Origin: Chrysomallon squamiferum
Lineage: Eukaryota; Animalia; Mollusca
Direction: 5' to 3'
Assembly: GCA_012295275.1 (NCBI GenBank)
Contig: CM022675.1
Location: 10,664,001-10,728,000, forward strand
DNA length: 64,000 nt
A model generated the notes under the pieces. That model was not told the origin of the DNA. It worked only from the letters and a program-made list of their open reading frames with translations, and did no database searches. Each line of letters begins with the position of its first letter. Position 1 is the first letter of the stretch. Made by a program: the position numbers and the translations under genes. Shown here piece after piece: positions 1 through 14,247 of this stretch.

Positions 1-146
1 TAATAATAATAATATTAAAAATGGGAAAAAAGACTGGAGTGATACGGGTTTCTAGACGGTTAATAATACTAAGAGATAGATAGATACACTGAGGCTTATG
101 TTTCACAGTACAGGTTTTGTGTGTGTCTGTCGGTTGAAACGACTAC

Positions 147-180
147 GTGTCAAAGGTTATAGGTCAAATGTCAGAGATCA
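147..180 (+). promoter_or_regulatory. Five nuclear-receptor-like half-sites in DR1 register
   Basis: GTGTCA-a-AGGTTA-t-AGGTCA-a-ATGTCA-g-AGATCA with an exact 7-bp period. Function is inferred. Confidence 0.35.
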
Positions 181-273
181 TATCAGTTAAAGTGGTAATA
201 GGTGTGATGTCTGTGTATGAGTATTTGTTTTGGAATTTTAGATCATAGAAACTCCTTCCGTACAAAACTAACT

Positions 274-275
<2 letters not shown>

Positions 276-357
<82 letters not shown>
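276..357. repeat. (CT)n microsatellite
   Basis: Perfect dinucleotide run seen directly. Confidence 0.97.
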
Positions 358-360
<3 letters not shown>

Positions 361-451
361 TTAGCTCTCATACTACTGACCATTTTTTAAATTCATTTTT
401 ATTCATTGTACATTTTGCAGTTAACGTAATATCGCTCAAAAAGCTGTTCGT

Positions 452-453
<2 letters not shown>

Positions 454-485
<32 letters not shown>

Positions 486-536
486 TAAGAAGAAGAAGAA
501 GAAGAAGAAGAAAAAAGAAGAAGAAGAAGAAGAAGA
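454..536. repeat. Compound (AAT)n/(AAG)n microsatellite
   Basis: Seen directly. It is the source of ORFs 436..624 and 452..706. Confidence 0.9.
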
Positions 537-726
537 AAAAAAAAAGAAGAAGACGAAAAAGATGAAGAAGAAAAATAACTACAACACAAGAAAAAGTTAC
601 AAGGAAAAACTCGAAAGTAAACAATGATTTTCAGAGATGGAACCAGCTTGAATATACATTCGTAAAATTCTGTATAATATGCTGCGGTGTTTTGTATTCC
701 AGTCATAGAAAATACTCTTTTTGCAG

Positions 727-784
727 CTTGTCTGGACAGCTGATTATCAGAATCAGCGGATACAAGACTTTTATCTATGGGAAG
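727..784 (+). CDS. Candidate 58-nt internal exon with NHL-repeat-like translation (LVWTADYQNQRIQDFYLWE)
   Basis: Acceptor ctctttttgcAG, donor AAG|GTCAGT, open phase-0 frame, in-frame stop upstream at 706. The peptide resembles the NHL motif VxxADxxNxRIQxF. No partner exons were found. Confidence 0.3.
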
Positions 785-1114
785 GTCAGTACAAAGTAGT
801 TTTGCTACTAAAACGAAAAGATATTGCTATAATCCAGATCTTGATACTATTTGTGCCATTAAACAACTATTTTAGTCTGTTTCAGTGAGCCTAAAACAAA
901 TTATTACCTGGTAATTCTAGATAGAAACATACAATTATCCATTCATTCATTTATCCATCCATCCATCCATCCATCCATTCGTCTTTTGCACCATTATTTG
1001 GAAATTTACTCAGCAAATAGAATGTAAAAGCAATATGCTTCATAGGAATATCAGATAATCAAATTGTTGGATACCATAAACATTTAATACAAGAGTGAAG
1101 AGAGAAAAATATGT

Positions 1115-1243
<129 letters not shown>

Positions 1244-1869
1244 TTAGATATATACACAGAGAGAAATATATAAAGTAAGAGAGAGAAAGATATACAGGAA
1301 AAAGAGGGAAATAGATAAATTGAAAGAGAAAGAAAGAGGGAGATAGTGATAGAGAGAAAAAATAAAGAAGTAGATACGTATAGAAAGAACGAAGGAAATA
1401 GATAAACAGAAACAAAGAGATACATACAGAACGAGAGAGAGAGATAAAGAGATAATGCATCCTTCAAAAATGATTTGACACGAAAGATAGGAGAGAGACA
1501 GAGACATTGAGAGAAAAAGACAGAGCGATAAAAAGAAAGAGAGATAATATACGTGTTTGTGAGAGAGATTTTGTTTTGTCAGTCTCAATACTATTGTATT
1601 AAACATTGCACTCAAACGGCTGAAGAGAAGAATACATTTTTTTCGTGAAAACCATCAAGAAAGACAACTCTTCTTTATAAGGAAAAAAAGTGATGAATGT
1701 GTTGTGTTATAAACCTATTATATTATATACGTTACAATGTAATTTCAGATTATTAAGTTCCAGTGAATAATACTTGAATATACACATATAACTATAAAAA
1801 CCAATAAGTATGATGGTGGTATGACCGACGAATATGTACTGGAACATGCATATACATACATACTTACAA

Positions 1870-1905
<36 letters not shown>

Positions 1906-2549
1906 TCACTCAAATAAATGCTTTATTTAAACAGATCAGTTTTTTTTAAAAACAACAACAACAAAATTTAGCATTTCATTTAATTACAAGACAGAAATCT
2001 TAGACGAGATCTGAAACCGATGTTAAAACTGGGCTGGTGTCTTGGCAGGAGACACTTACTTATCTCAGTATTAAAAGTCTCTCTGGCAGCCTCTGTGTGT
2101 TTCTACAGGATCAGGGTCGCGGATAAAAATCTAGAACTGAGAAAATGGCTCGCCTGATCACCGAACTAACCTAATCACACAAGTCTTTTGTTTCCAGTGA
2201 TTACGACATTGCACACAGGCTGAAATCTAGTTAAATCATCAACGGGGCTTTTGACATTGATAGATTGGGCAGTCCATACGGCCTCATAATTCTGTCTTTT
2301 GACCCTTTTCTCTTCTGTGTGTGTGTCTGTCTGTCTGTCTACGTGTCTGTTTGTCTGTTTAATCATTTCTTATGTTCTATCATTTTCTTTACTTTTTTTT
2401 TTTTAAAATTTGTTTGTTCTGTTTCTTAATTTTCTATATTTTCACTTCTTTCTTTCTTTCGTTCATTTCTTCATTATCGTATTCTTTCTTTCTTTCTTTC
2501 TTACTTTCTTATTTTTCTCATTGTTAAAAATGTTTTCGTCATTGACGTT

Positions 2550-2687
2550 ATTTTATTATTAATGTTATTGTTATCGTCATCATCATCATCATTATTATTA
2601 TTATTATCAATATCATTACTATTATAATTATGATTATCATCGTCATTTCTATTATTATTATTGTTATTATAATTATAATTATAATTA

Positions 2688-2718
<31 letters not shown>

Positions 2719-2881
2719 TAGAAGCCGTAATAGTAATAGAAGAAATATTAGTATTAGTAACAGTTAAAGCATGAATGGTAGTGGTAATATTAATAGTAGT
2801 TATTATTATAATTATTATTATTGTTGTTGTTGGTGTAGATATTATTATTATTAGTATTACTATTATTATTATTATTATTAC

Positions 2882-2923
<42 letters not shown>

Positions 2924-2930
2924 CATCATC
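2550..2930. repeat. Degenerate (ATT)n/(ATC)n trinucleotide region
   Basis: Seen directly. It yields the poly-Ile ORFs. Confidence 0.85.
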
Positions 2931-3464
2931 AGTGTATTAAACTCATGTCACCTTTTATTATCAGTACATCAGGGTAAAACGCCAAACTGTCATGTAACAT
3001 AAATAACTCTATAAATACTCGTGTCAGATCATTTCTGAAGGATGCATTTTTCATCTTCATATAATTAACTATATTCTAATATTACACAACACAATAGGAA
3101 CATTATAAAAGTTAGCCCATGTGACAGAACTGTGTACGCCCAGGCCAAAGTTGAAGCGATTTGAGAAAGAAATATTTATCGTACATAAAACTTAATTAAC
3201 AACTTGAAGGTGACAGGTTTTCAAAAAGAAATATTTCGTGCATTGTATAATTGAGAAGTCAGAAGAATAAGAATAGGCGCTGTTAACAGTTATTGGAATG
3301 TACACGTCATTATAAGACAAGCATATACATAAGATTTTAACACTTATAAGCATATACATGTGATTTTGCAATTGAAACTCTCTTTACATTTGGTTTGGTA
3401 ATTTAGAACAGTCAGATTATTCTTCTTTAAAATGTCCACATATATATGAGTTGAAACAAATGAA

Positions 3465-3498
<34 letters not shown>

Positions 3499-4068
3499 AA
3501 TTACAGTACATACACAAGCACGTATAAACACGTAAATATGAGTATATGTGTGTCCGCGTGTGTGTGTGTGTGTGTTTGAATTTATGAGTTTACTTTGTAC
3601 AATTAGCTTCAAACCATTTGAGACTTTTTAAAAAATATTTCGAACTCATTACCAAAACAGTGGTTTTGTATAAACTACGTTAAAATAAAGTGTATCTGAA
3701 TAAAAATCGAATTAACAGTACACGAAGTTATCGTTTTTCTTTATTTTTTTAATTTTTAATTTTTTTTCTTTTCAAAAACTCAAAAGTACATTGGCAATGC
3801 ACTGATTTACGATGCACACTGAACAAACACCGAAATTATTATTTCAGTATAGATGCAAAAATACGTTAGACCATTAAGTTTAGGACCAGAACGATATTAA
3901 AGATTTTTTTTGTTTTTCTCTCGACGTCTAGCAGAAAGTACTTAACATATTAAGAGTCGACTATGAAGATAAAAATGGGCTGTCCAGAAGCCAACAACAA
4001 CACTTCAGAACTTCGATTCGCTTGATTAAACGTAATGGATTGTGGCCGGAACACATGTACGCCCATTA

Positions 4069-4071
<3 letters not shown>

Positions 4072-4113
<42 letters not shown>
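4072..4113. repeat. (CA)n microsatellite
   Basis: Seen directly. Confidence 0.95.
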
Positions 4114-4118
<5 letters not shown>

Positions 4119-4365
4119 GACACACATAGAGCCCACTATTAAAACGCTCACAACAAAAGCTGGCGAACCGTGTCGAGTTTGAGCTGGCACAAACAAACAA
4201 GAAACCCGCTGTAATGAGAATTTCGACACAGTTTCTACATACGCTTCCTGCGCTACAAAAACAAGCCGAGCAGCAGAAAAAACAGCGCGACCGCTTCCAG
4301 ACTCGGCTTCCCAACGACCATAGCAGAACACTCACAGCACGAGACTTCTCAGGAAACAAACTTAC

Positions 4366-4416
4366 CGGGATGTGAAATTCATCTACATTTATTTTACTAA
4401 CTCGTTCTGTATTGAT
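4366..4416 (-). CDS. Candidate 51-nt frame-preserving exon (INTERVSKINVDEFHIP), unknown gene
   Basis: On the minus strand: long pyrimidine tract + TAG acceptor (4417-4418) and consensus donor CCG|GTAAGT (4365-4360). Length is 3n and only phase 0 is open. Confidence 0.35.
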
Positions 4417-4435
4417 CTAGAGGAGAAAGAAAGAG

Positions 4436-4473
<38 letters not shown>

Positions 4474-4831
4474 ACGATCAAGGAGGAGGAAGATGGGGAA
4501 AAAAAAAAAAAAATAAAAAAAAAAAAAAAAAGAAATTTAAGGAGAATGAGAAAACATAATAACGAAAGAATGTCGTGCTCTGCAAGGCGCAACTGTAAGT
4601 CTGTCGTTGTTTGTGGCTGCTGGATGTGAATCGCTGAATTGAATCAAAATAAGTGTGTTGTTGTTTTTTTTCTTTTTTTTTTTCTCTTATGATAATGGTA
4701 AAAAAATTATATCCCAGATTTTAAAATTAAAATATGATTGTAATGTTATACTCTGTAATTCGTAATTTTTTGTTTAAGTAGACGGAATATATAAAAACAT
4801 AATGTATGTAATTATGATACAGCTCTGAAAC

Positions 4832-4875
<44 letters not shown>

Positions 4876-5148
4876 ATTCTTATAATGGTCAGAAATCATA
4901 AACAAAAATATTGTAAAATCATGAATTTGAAATCAAGAATTTCGATAATCTTAATCATTAAAAAGCATTCTCTTGATTTTATGTTTAAAACATCAACTTG
5001 TAGATGTTAGAATATCAGTCATATGATAAACTACGAAAACTGATAATGCATATATTACTTTGTAAATGTTTGAAAAATCTAGTCAGTAAATTTTGATATA
5101 GTATAAAGACAGATAAATAGAGAGAATGAGAGTAAGAGAGAAAGAGAG

Positions 5149-5257
<109 letters not shown>

Positions 5258-5877
5258 CTGAAATCAATTTATTTAATATATATATAATAAACACATAAAG
5301 AAAAAACACGTAAGAAAGATAAAGTATCATAACTGCTAATTGTTTTCCTAATTATATAAATATATCTTTATCATCAAGAAATTTTGAAAGGAAAATAATA
5401 CAGAAGGACAAAAACAAAGAAGGAGAGAAAAGTCACAGTTAATTCACAACATCCGCGTTCGAATTTGAAAGTGCTAACAGGAAAAAAAATTAACAACGGC
5501 AACATCAAGGAATAAAAAAAGATTAAAAACAAAATTTGCCGAGAAGCGAAAATTCAGCCCCCCGATTCACACGGGCGTATACCGAATTTAGAGAAACGGA
5601 TTATAGTACTATTAGTTCAAATCAATGTCATCTCCTAATGGTGATTTACGATACACGTGCAAATCATTTGCACAATAATCCAAAACCAAGTCGAACACAA
5701 CAAAAGAAGCTTTGGGGAAAAATTGAAAAACGAATGATCCAATTTAATGATGAAAATCTTTTTTTTTTTTTTTCTTTCTTTCTTTCTTTTTTTTTTTCTT
5801 TTTCTAATAATAAAAAACAGTCATTGATTACAGCTATGAATGAAATGAAGCAAGATACCAGGCCTTGAATTAGACTA

Positions 5878-5912
<35 letters not shown>

Positions 5913-6542
5913 CACCAAAAAAAAAAAAAAATCGTAATATTTAAGATTTGAATTTTCACTCTGCCGAAGAAAAAGTTCATACAAAAAGCTCTTAAAAAAA
6001 GTTTTCCATGATGCTCTTATGAATAACAATCTGAAGAATATTAAAAAGGCAAATTTTAAAGATTTCTTTGGAATATTTTAAATAATCATTTTTTTTTTTT
6101 TTTTTTTTTTTTTTTATATTTTTGGTTTCTTTTTCGACTCCTCTCGGATTATTGAATGAAAATTAAGAAGCGAAGGAGATAACGTTGTCATCTTTCATGG
6201 TTTGTTAATTTTTAAATTAATGCTGAAACATGTGTGTGACTGTTTATATTTCCTGACGCTAATGCAAAGGAAATTCCTTTATTGGTGCTCTCAAGTTTTA
6301 TTAAGGTTTCAGAGAAAAAAAAAAAAAAAAAAACCCAGGGAAATTAATATTAGAAAAAGTGAGAAAAAGTGAAATAAAAAAACTCCCACTTTTATACGGA
6401 GAAATATATTTAATGTCTTCAAGTCATGACGAATACAAAAAAAAAAAAATAATAAATAAAAATAAAAAGATAGAGATTTAAATAAAAAAATAAATAAATA
6501 ATATTAATATTAATAATATTAATAATAATAATAATAATAATG

Positions 6543-6592
<50 letters not shown>

Positions 6593-8158
6593 TAAAGATA
6601 ACGTTTTCAAATATTAACGTAAAAATCGGTTTTGTTTCATATTAAATTTGTCGTCGACTTGGGACACTTTAGGAGTTTCGTCGCCTGGAAAATTTCATAT
6701 CAAAACAAAGTGGGTAATTATTAAATTTGGCTAACAACAAAAATTAAAAATATATATTAAATAATATCATGTCATTAGGTTATGGGCAACAAAGAAGCAA
6801 ATATAATAAATATTAAATAATTATTGTTTATTTATCATTTTTAATCGGCTATTGCTTTAAATCTTCATTTTGATTCTAGAAATTGAAAATTTGTTTTTAA
6901 ACTTTCGTCTTATGATTCTAAACAGCACTATAAACTTTTAGTTATAAACATTTATTTGTTTACGACAGCTGTAACAATGAAAATATTGATAAACTATTCG
7001 ATCATAAAATAAATAAATGAATGAATAAATAAATAAATAAATAATAATAATTAAAATGATGATGATGATAATGACGATGGTGATGATAATAAAAATAATA
7101 ATAACAATAACGATGATGAAGATAATAATAATAATGATGATGATGATGATAATAAAAATAATAATAATAATAATAATAATAATACAGAACAAACAAATGC
7201 TTACATAACAAAATCTCAACACAAAGAAATAACTCTATATTAACAATTAAACGTATCGTAAAAAAGACAAAAAAAAAAAAAAAAAAAAAAAGTTTACGTA
7301 AATAAAAACGTATATCTACGACTACACCGAAAAATCGTCGGTTTACCATTGACTCTACACTGCACACCCAAAAAACCAAGACACACTCAGTGCCTACGAA
7401 GTGGCATTCCCATGTGCGTCTCAGTGTTCCTACCCTATGAAAGAAAACAGAGTCTGGATAATTAGATTTAGAGTTTTGCAGAAAGGTGCAAACAGCCAAT
7501 CTCGTACACTCTTCACTCGGGGGGTCACTGGAAGTCGTGTCGGGCCAAAGTGCAAGAAGATGGAGTTTCAAAATGGCAGCAAAGTTTGACATCATGGCGC
7601 CTCTCTCTGCGTCGAAACAGACAGTGTACTCACTTCTTGCCCTTCTTGTTCTAATAAAAATCTCGGGCAGTGTTTTCTAGAAGTAACTGTTGTTGTTGTT
7701 TTTAAAAAAAAAAAAAAAAATTAAAGAAGTACCTCAGTTGTCTTTTCTCGAGATAACTGTTACGACATTTGAAAGTCGCCACACCGATCATTTTGAATGG
7801 AAAATAAATATTATGATTTCTCTCTCTGTGTGTGTGTATATAATTGTTGTAATAATATTTTTATTTGTGTCTCTGGTTTTAGAGCATTGCAACCCCTGCA
7901 ACAGTTCATTCCTTAGACAAAATAATAATAATAATAATAATAGAATTATTAAGATAAAAAACAGGGAAGGAAATTCGTATTAAACATTTTTTTCCCCTAC
8001 CCACTCGAAAAGAGAAAGAAAAGATTTAATGAAGAAAGGATAAAGATAAAAGAAAGGAACAAATATGCAGATAACACCGACACCATGAGAGAGAGAAACG
8101 TACAGACAAAAATATGTATATAACTATATACATACAGACCGAAAGAGAGAGAGAGAAT

Positions 8159-8159
<1 letters not shown>

Positions 8160-8228
<69 letters not shown>
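8160..8228. repeat. (GA)n microsatellite
   Basis: Seen directly. Confidence 0.97.
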
Positions 8229-8231
<3 letters not shown>

Positions 8232-9594
8232 TGTGTATCTGTTTTTTGATTCAAAATATATCTTTTTCTAATGTTTGTATAGTATACACTGAATAAATTT
8301 AAATTATAATAATTGACAAATAATTACATTAATTAAAAGAAGGAAATAAACCAAATATTAAAGTGACATTTTGACATGGGTTTATCGACAAAGAAAGGAA
8401 AAAATAAATTATCGAAAATTCTATAGAAAGGTAAAATAATAATAATAATGACGACGATGATAATGATGATGATGATGATGATGACGATGATTCTGATGAT
8501 GATATCAATAATAAGAAGAAGGCAAAGAAGTGAATGAAAGAAGCTTTTTGTTACAGGACAATAAATAAATCGATAAATAAATTTATAAAGGCATACTGAA
8601 ATATACATACTTATTATTTATACATTATGCACATATATTTTTACAAACATTTAAAAAAATATTCTTACTCACACGCACGCACACACACACACACACACAC
8701 TCACACTCACAGCTATATAGCTGAGATAACTATGAGCCTCCAAATCCAACTTTCAGCGTAAGCTGTTCAATTCGAAAGCGAAATATGTCGGTTAGAAATT
8801 TTACTTCTTAGAGAGAAATAATTATTTTTATTTTTCATTACAACAGAAATGCAAGAATATGGTTCATTTAGCATTTCAATTATAACATTTAAATATAATT
8901 AAAAATACGGTTCATTAAGTGTTTACCTAAAACGTTTTTTTATTTTTTTTTTTAAAGTTAAAATTTCTGCTCCAGTGATTAGGTGTATATTTAATAAAAT
9001 TTTAATTAGATATAAATTTAGATTAAGCTACATTTATTTAAAATACTTAATTAAAATTACACTTCATTCGTTATCTATTTTTTAAATGTTATGATATTTT
9101 GTTACAATAGCGAAAAAAATGCGTGATTTCGAATTTCGTTAATGTAAATCCACCGTTGATTCTGGATTAGTCTTTTAATTACCAAATTTCTATTTAATTA
9201 TATGCAGATTTAATTTTAATTTTAATTTAATTTTTTTAATTTTTATTAATCTTTATTTTATATTTTTATTAATAATAATATTTGTTAATAAGATTTTTTT
9301 TTTTTTGAAAACATTATTATATCTAGAATGAATTTCGAGTTAATGTTTCAGACGTTTTCGTTCATCCATCCTTATATGGAATGAATGTTGCATTAATTAG
9401 TACTCTGTGCTGATTTTTTAAAAATTCTTTATTTAGAAACAATACAGCGTAAATTATTTACTTACAGAATTAAAACATAATTACTCACAAAATTCATTAT
9501 GAATTTATAATAATAATAATAATTATTATTATAATTATTATTATTACTATTATGATTATTGTTATGATTATTATTATTATTATTATTTATTATG

Positions 9595-9639
<45 letters not shown>

Positions 9640-10608
9640 ATCATCATCAGCAGCATTATCTATTTATTTATCTATTTATTCCTTCATTCATTTTCATTCT
9701 TGCATCTCATCAAATAGGCTCAAAATATTTCATTACCTAGGTCAGCTGCATACATTATGTCAATAATTAACACCCTTTTGTTTCTTCGTACAAAAAACCC
9801 CAACAACAACCACAACAACCACATTTCCAATATAAATATTCATTACTTGATAATGTGAATAATATATACTTACAAAAACGCTTTCTGCCATCGCACATGT
9901 TAGAGATCACTGAGACACAGAGAGATCAGTCGTGTTGGTGTCTTTCTGATAAATCCATAAACTCGGTAAACGAATATCGAACGCTCTCTTTTAACACAGA
10001 CACCAACGTACGTAAATTATACATAACCACAGAGCAGATGGGATATTCGTGTTCACCAGTGAATAACCATATTCACACGTAGCTATGAACGTAGGTAAAT
10101 TACATATATAACTTATTTACAGCCACACGTAGAATATATGCAATTTATACACCACCTTGTTAAAGGTCAATATTATCCAAAATAGTAGAGTCGAAATATT
10201 ATTAATTTTTTTTCTTTTTCTTTCTTTTAAAAAAAAAAAAAAAAAAAAATTTGTTCTACGCTTTACAGAGAAGGAAAGCAAACGTTCCCGTTTTGGTGGA
10301 ATAAATTTGTCTAACTAAAACGCAAGGCTTCGGTACAATGGCTAAAAAGGGGATAGAGACAGTCAATTTATCATGGGTCGTTTGAGTATCATCAATAAAA
10401 TATAACAGAAACGTAAAAGACTTATAAAGCACTTTGTAAGACGTGTTGAAATTTATGTCCTTTGCCGGTGTCGAAAGGGGAATAAAAAAAAAGAAAAAGA
10501 AAACGACCTAATCCCGCGTAGCCCATTAGGCTTTGAGCTTGTTTGATAATTTATGACCGTTCTACTAAATCACATGCACACTTGTGTTCAAGCGATCATA
10601 GAAAAGAA

Positions 10609-10657
<49 letters not shown>

Positions 10658-11259
10658 AATTGAGAAAATAAAGAGGCATAATTTTCTTCCTCTTCTCTCA
10701 ATTGAGAAGAAAATTAATTTCATTTTAAACGCTCCTTTATCGTTAAAAAGATATATAGCGGTTTAAATTTCAATACGTTATCTGGCCGCCTCGCAATTGA
10801 CAACAGAAAGTAATGCATCAAAACGTGTTCATTTCAAAGGTGAAACCGATTCGAGATTGCAGATTTTCTTCTTCTTCTTCTTCTTCTTCATTTTTTTTTT
10901 CTCTTCTTCTTTTTACGTCTGTTATTTTAAAAAATCTCTCTGTCTCTCACTCTCTCTTCCATCCTTTTTTCCTTTCTTTCTCTCTTTTCTTTTTTTTTTT
11001 TTTATCTGATGGGCAACCCCAGCTTGAATATAACATCGTTACTTTCAAGACTTCCAGAACAAAGAGCGGCTATGATGAATTAATATAATAAATTGTCTAT
11101 GGTGACATTTGCGACACTAATTACCCGAAAAGATGCATTGCGCCTTTGCGGGGACCAGCCTTTCACAAACAGCAAGGTACGAGCGTTGTAAGTTATTTCA
11201 ACAAACGTTAAGGAAGAAACAACACAGATTTTTTGTCACCCGTCGTGTCTGAATTCTTT

Positions 11260-11725
11260 TCTTAGGGGATATCTTTATAAAAACGAGTGTTGTTTTATAT
11301 AAAGTATGCACCTTTTTTTGTTTTGTTTCGTGGATTTTTTTACTGCAAAACGTGCACACGTGTTTTTGGATTGTTGTGTAAAAATGTTCATACACAGGTT
11401 TTTTGGGGGATATCACGATTTAGGATTTTAAAAATAAATAAGCAAAAAAATGTTAGTACGATTTCAAATGTTGTCATGGTTTTTGGATTGTTTTGTGGAA
11501 TATTCTTGTCGTGTTTCTTGGAATTCTTAACAAACTGGATATACTTGGATACCTTTCTGAACGGATTTTGGATAACTTTATGAAATGCTCTTGTACAGTT
11601 TTTGGATATCTTTGTTCTTATATTTTCCTGGAAATGTTCGTAAAATCTAAATACATTTAGACGAGTCCCGTACATTTACAATTACATTTTGAGCGGACAT
11701 TTAACACATATCATGGATTAAGATC

Positions 11726-11764
<39 letters not shown>

Positions 11765-12702
11765 AAGGTATATATTTTCTGTGAGATATAACTATAGCAT
11801 TTATGAACTGGATATAACTACTATATATATTTCATGCAATTATGGATTATAACCGTATAAAATAGTTATGCTTTTGTGAACAGTAACTTGTGATCTCAAT
11901 TTGGACATCTTTGATATACTGACAATACAATAATTTGTTGACAATGAAAATTCTGGAATTATATGTTTTCGTTGTTCCAAAAAAAAAAAAAAAATAAATA
12001 AAAAAAATAAAAAATTCGCCAAAACAAAGACAAGGAAAGAAATTGTTTTTTTAGATTTCAAATTTCTGTTCAGTACACTGGAATATGACATCAACATAAT
12101 GAAGAAGAATAAAATATATTTCTACAAACGGAATACGTCTATCATATGATCATATATCTTCGTGAAAGGACATGTGCTTACATACAGGATCTCTGTCAAC
12201 AAAAGGATCTTAACAATCTATAAGAAAAGGATAATAATAGTCGACAACAAAACGGGTGTGTTTACAAAAGAACGGTATTTGTCGACACATGAAAAATTAG
12301 TTAACTACAAAAATGATTCTTACCAATACTATTATGGTTGCAGCTGAAAAAGCATTTATCTATAACCCCCCAAAACAGCTATAAAAAAAAAAGGTGCCAG
12401 AAAACAGACAATAAAAGAAGATATTCTTCAAATTCAACTTCATATTTTTCTTCAAAGTTTTCAACTTACGTACAAAGGATAAGCTAATCTTGCCTATTTC
12501 TGTCGTAAGTATATAAATATAATGTTTATATATATACAATACTTTGTTTATGACCTTCTGAAATATGATGGATTAGTATTGTCTTCAAGGATTATTGTTG
12601 TTCATTACGGATGCGTTTATGTAATGAATATTACACAATATTTCAAGCTGACATCTTTGAATGACTGTCACGAGGGATTTCGTTTGACGAAAAACTTCAA
12701 AG
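11260..12702 (+). other. Strand-biased GGA-rich non-coding tract; candidate long 5' UTR or lncRNA exon
   Basis: Hand count gives about 32 GGA against 3 TCC on the + strand. The tract ends at donor-like AAG|GTTAGT (12702/12703) and has no credible ORF. Confidence 0.35.
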
Positions 12703-13052
12703 GTTAGTTCACGCGAATCATAATGTAAATTTGCTTTAGTCTTTCATTTCATCTTTCTAGGAACTAATCGTAAATATGTCAAAACTGGAGGAAGACAAAG
12801 AAGGAATAAAATATATTAATCAAAAGAGAATATTATTAAAACAAAAAAAATTAAAATAAATAAACAGTGTAATATGTATATAGGACTGCCACTTTGTCAG
12901 ATAACATTTTCTTTGTAATACACAGTAAACGTTTTATTACTGATGTCAAAACAGCACTGCCACTTATTAAACATCGTAACTGATTTCAAAGACAAACAAA
13001 AACATTTACACAGCAGCAACAATAATAATATTAATTTATGATTAATGAGAAA

Positions 13053-13096
<44 letters not shown>

Positions 13097-14206
13097 AATA
13101 TATATATATAATGTTGATACACATGTAAATAAATAAATAAATGAATAAATAAATAAATATGTAAATTAATAAAATAAAATAAACACCCATAATACTTTAT
13201 CCAGAAATAACGATTACTGTCCATGAAATTCTTATCAAATCGAAAACACACACATACACGTACTCGCACATGTACACACACGCACGTATATGCACGCACA
13301 CACACACACTCATACCGAAAATCACTAAGACACACTTAAATATAAGTGAATAAGAAAAAAAGTAAGGAAACAAATAGATACACTGATGTACATGAGGATA
13401 TAAGAAAAGAACTAACTGAAGAGTCGGAATAGTCGTTTTAATTAGTATTGATCTTAATTTTTTTCATTTGCATAATTATCTGAAAATATATTGAAAAAAG
13501 ATGAAAGGGAAAATGACAGCTAGTGCTGAAAATGATAAATTTTTATATTTAAAATACATAAAAATATGCAAATTTAAATAAAATTATTAAAGATATTTTT
13601 CTTTTCTTTGGCTTCTCAAGTATTAATATATATATATATATACATTTTTTTTCTTCATTTATTTAGTTATTTTTATTAAGATACAAATTCTGTGAAGTAA
13701 TATAGCAGTACTTTAGAAAAGAAAAAAGTCTTCATAAAAGTTATATAATTCCTAGTAAAACAGAAAAAAGAAAGCTTCATAAGAACGAACAATACATGAA
13801 CAAAGGATTAACAATAACTATTATTGTATTCTTTGATGAGTTAATCCTGAAAGTTATTGAAACTTTTAAAGTTGAGAAATAACATTTTCTTTTTAAGAAA
13901 AGTTTATTTAACAGTTCGGATAGGGTTTAATATTTTTGACTTTATTTTTCAAAGTTTTCTTTCAGACTTGCATAAACAAAAGGTTAACATGTATGTTTAT
14001 ATTTATATATATTATAAAACTGCACAAAATAAGATAAACATTCGGAAAATCGAAATAGATTTAAAATATCCATTTAAAATTTATATTTTTATTCCTAATT
14101 ATTAATATTGGGAATTAATGAAATACGATATAATAAATTTTAAAAAGAAGTAATTTGCATAAAATACATATGCTATATATTGTATTTTGTATCTAAATGA
14201 AATTTT

Positions 14207-14247
<41 letters not shown>

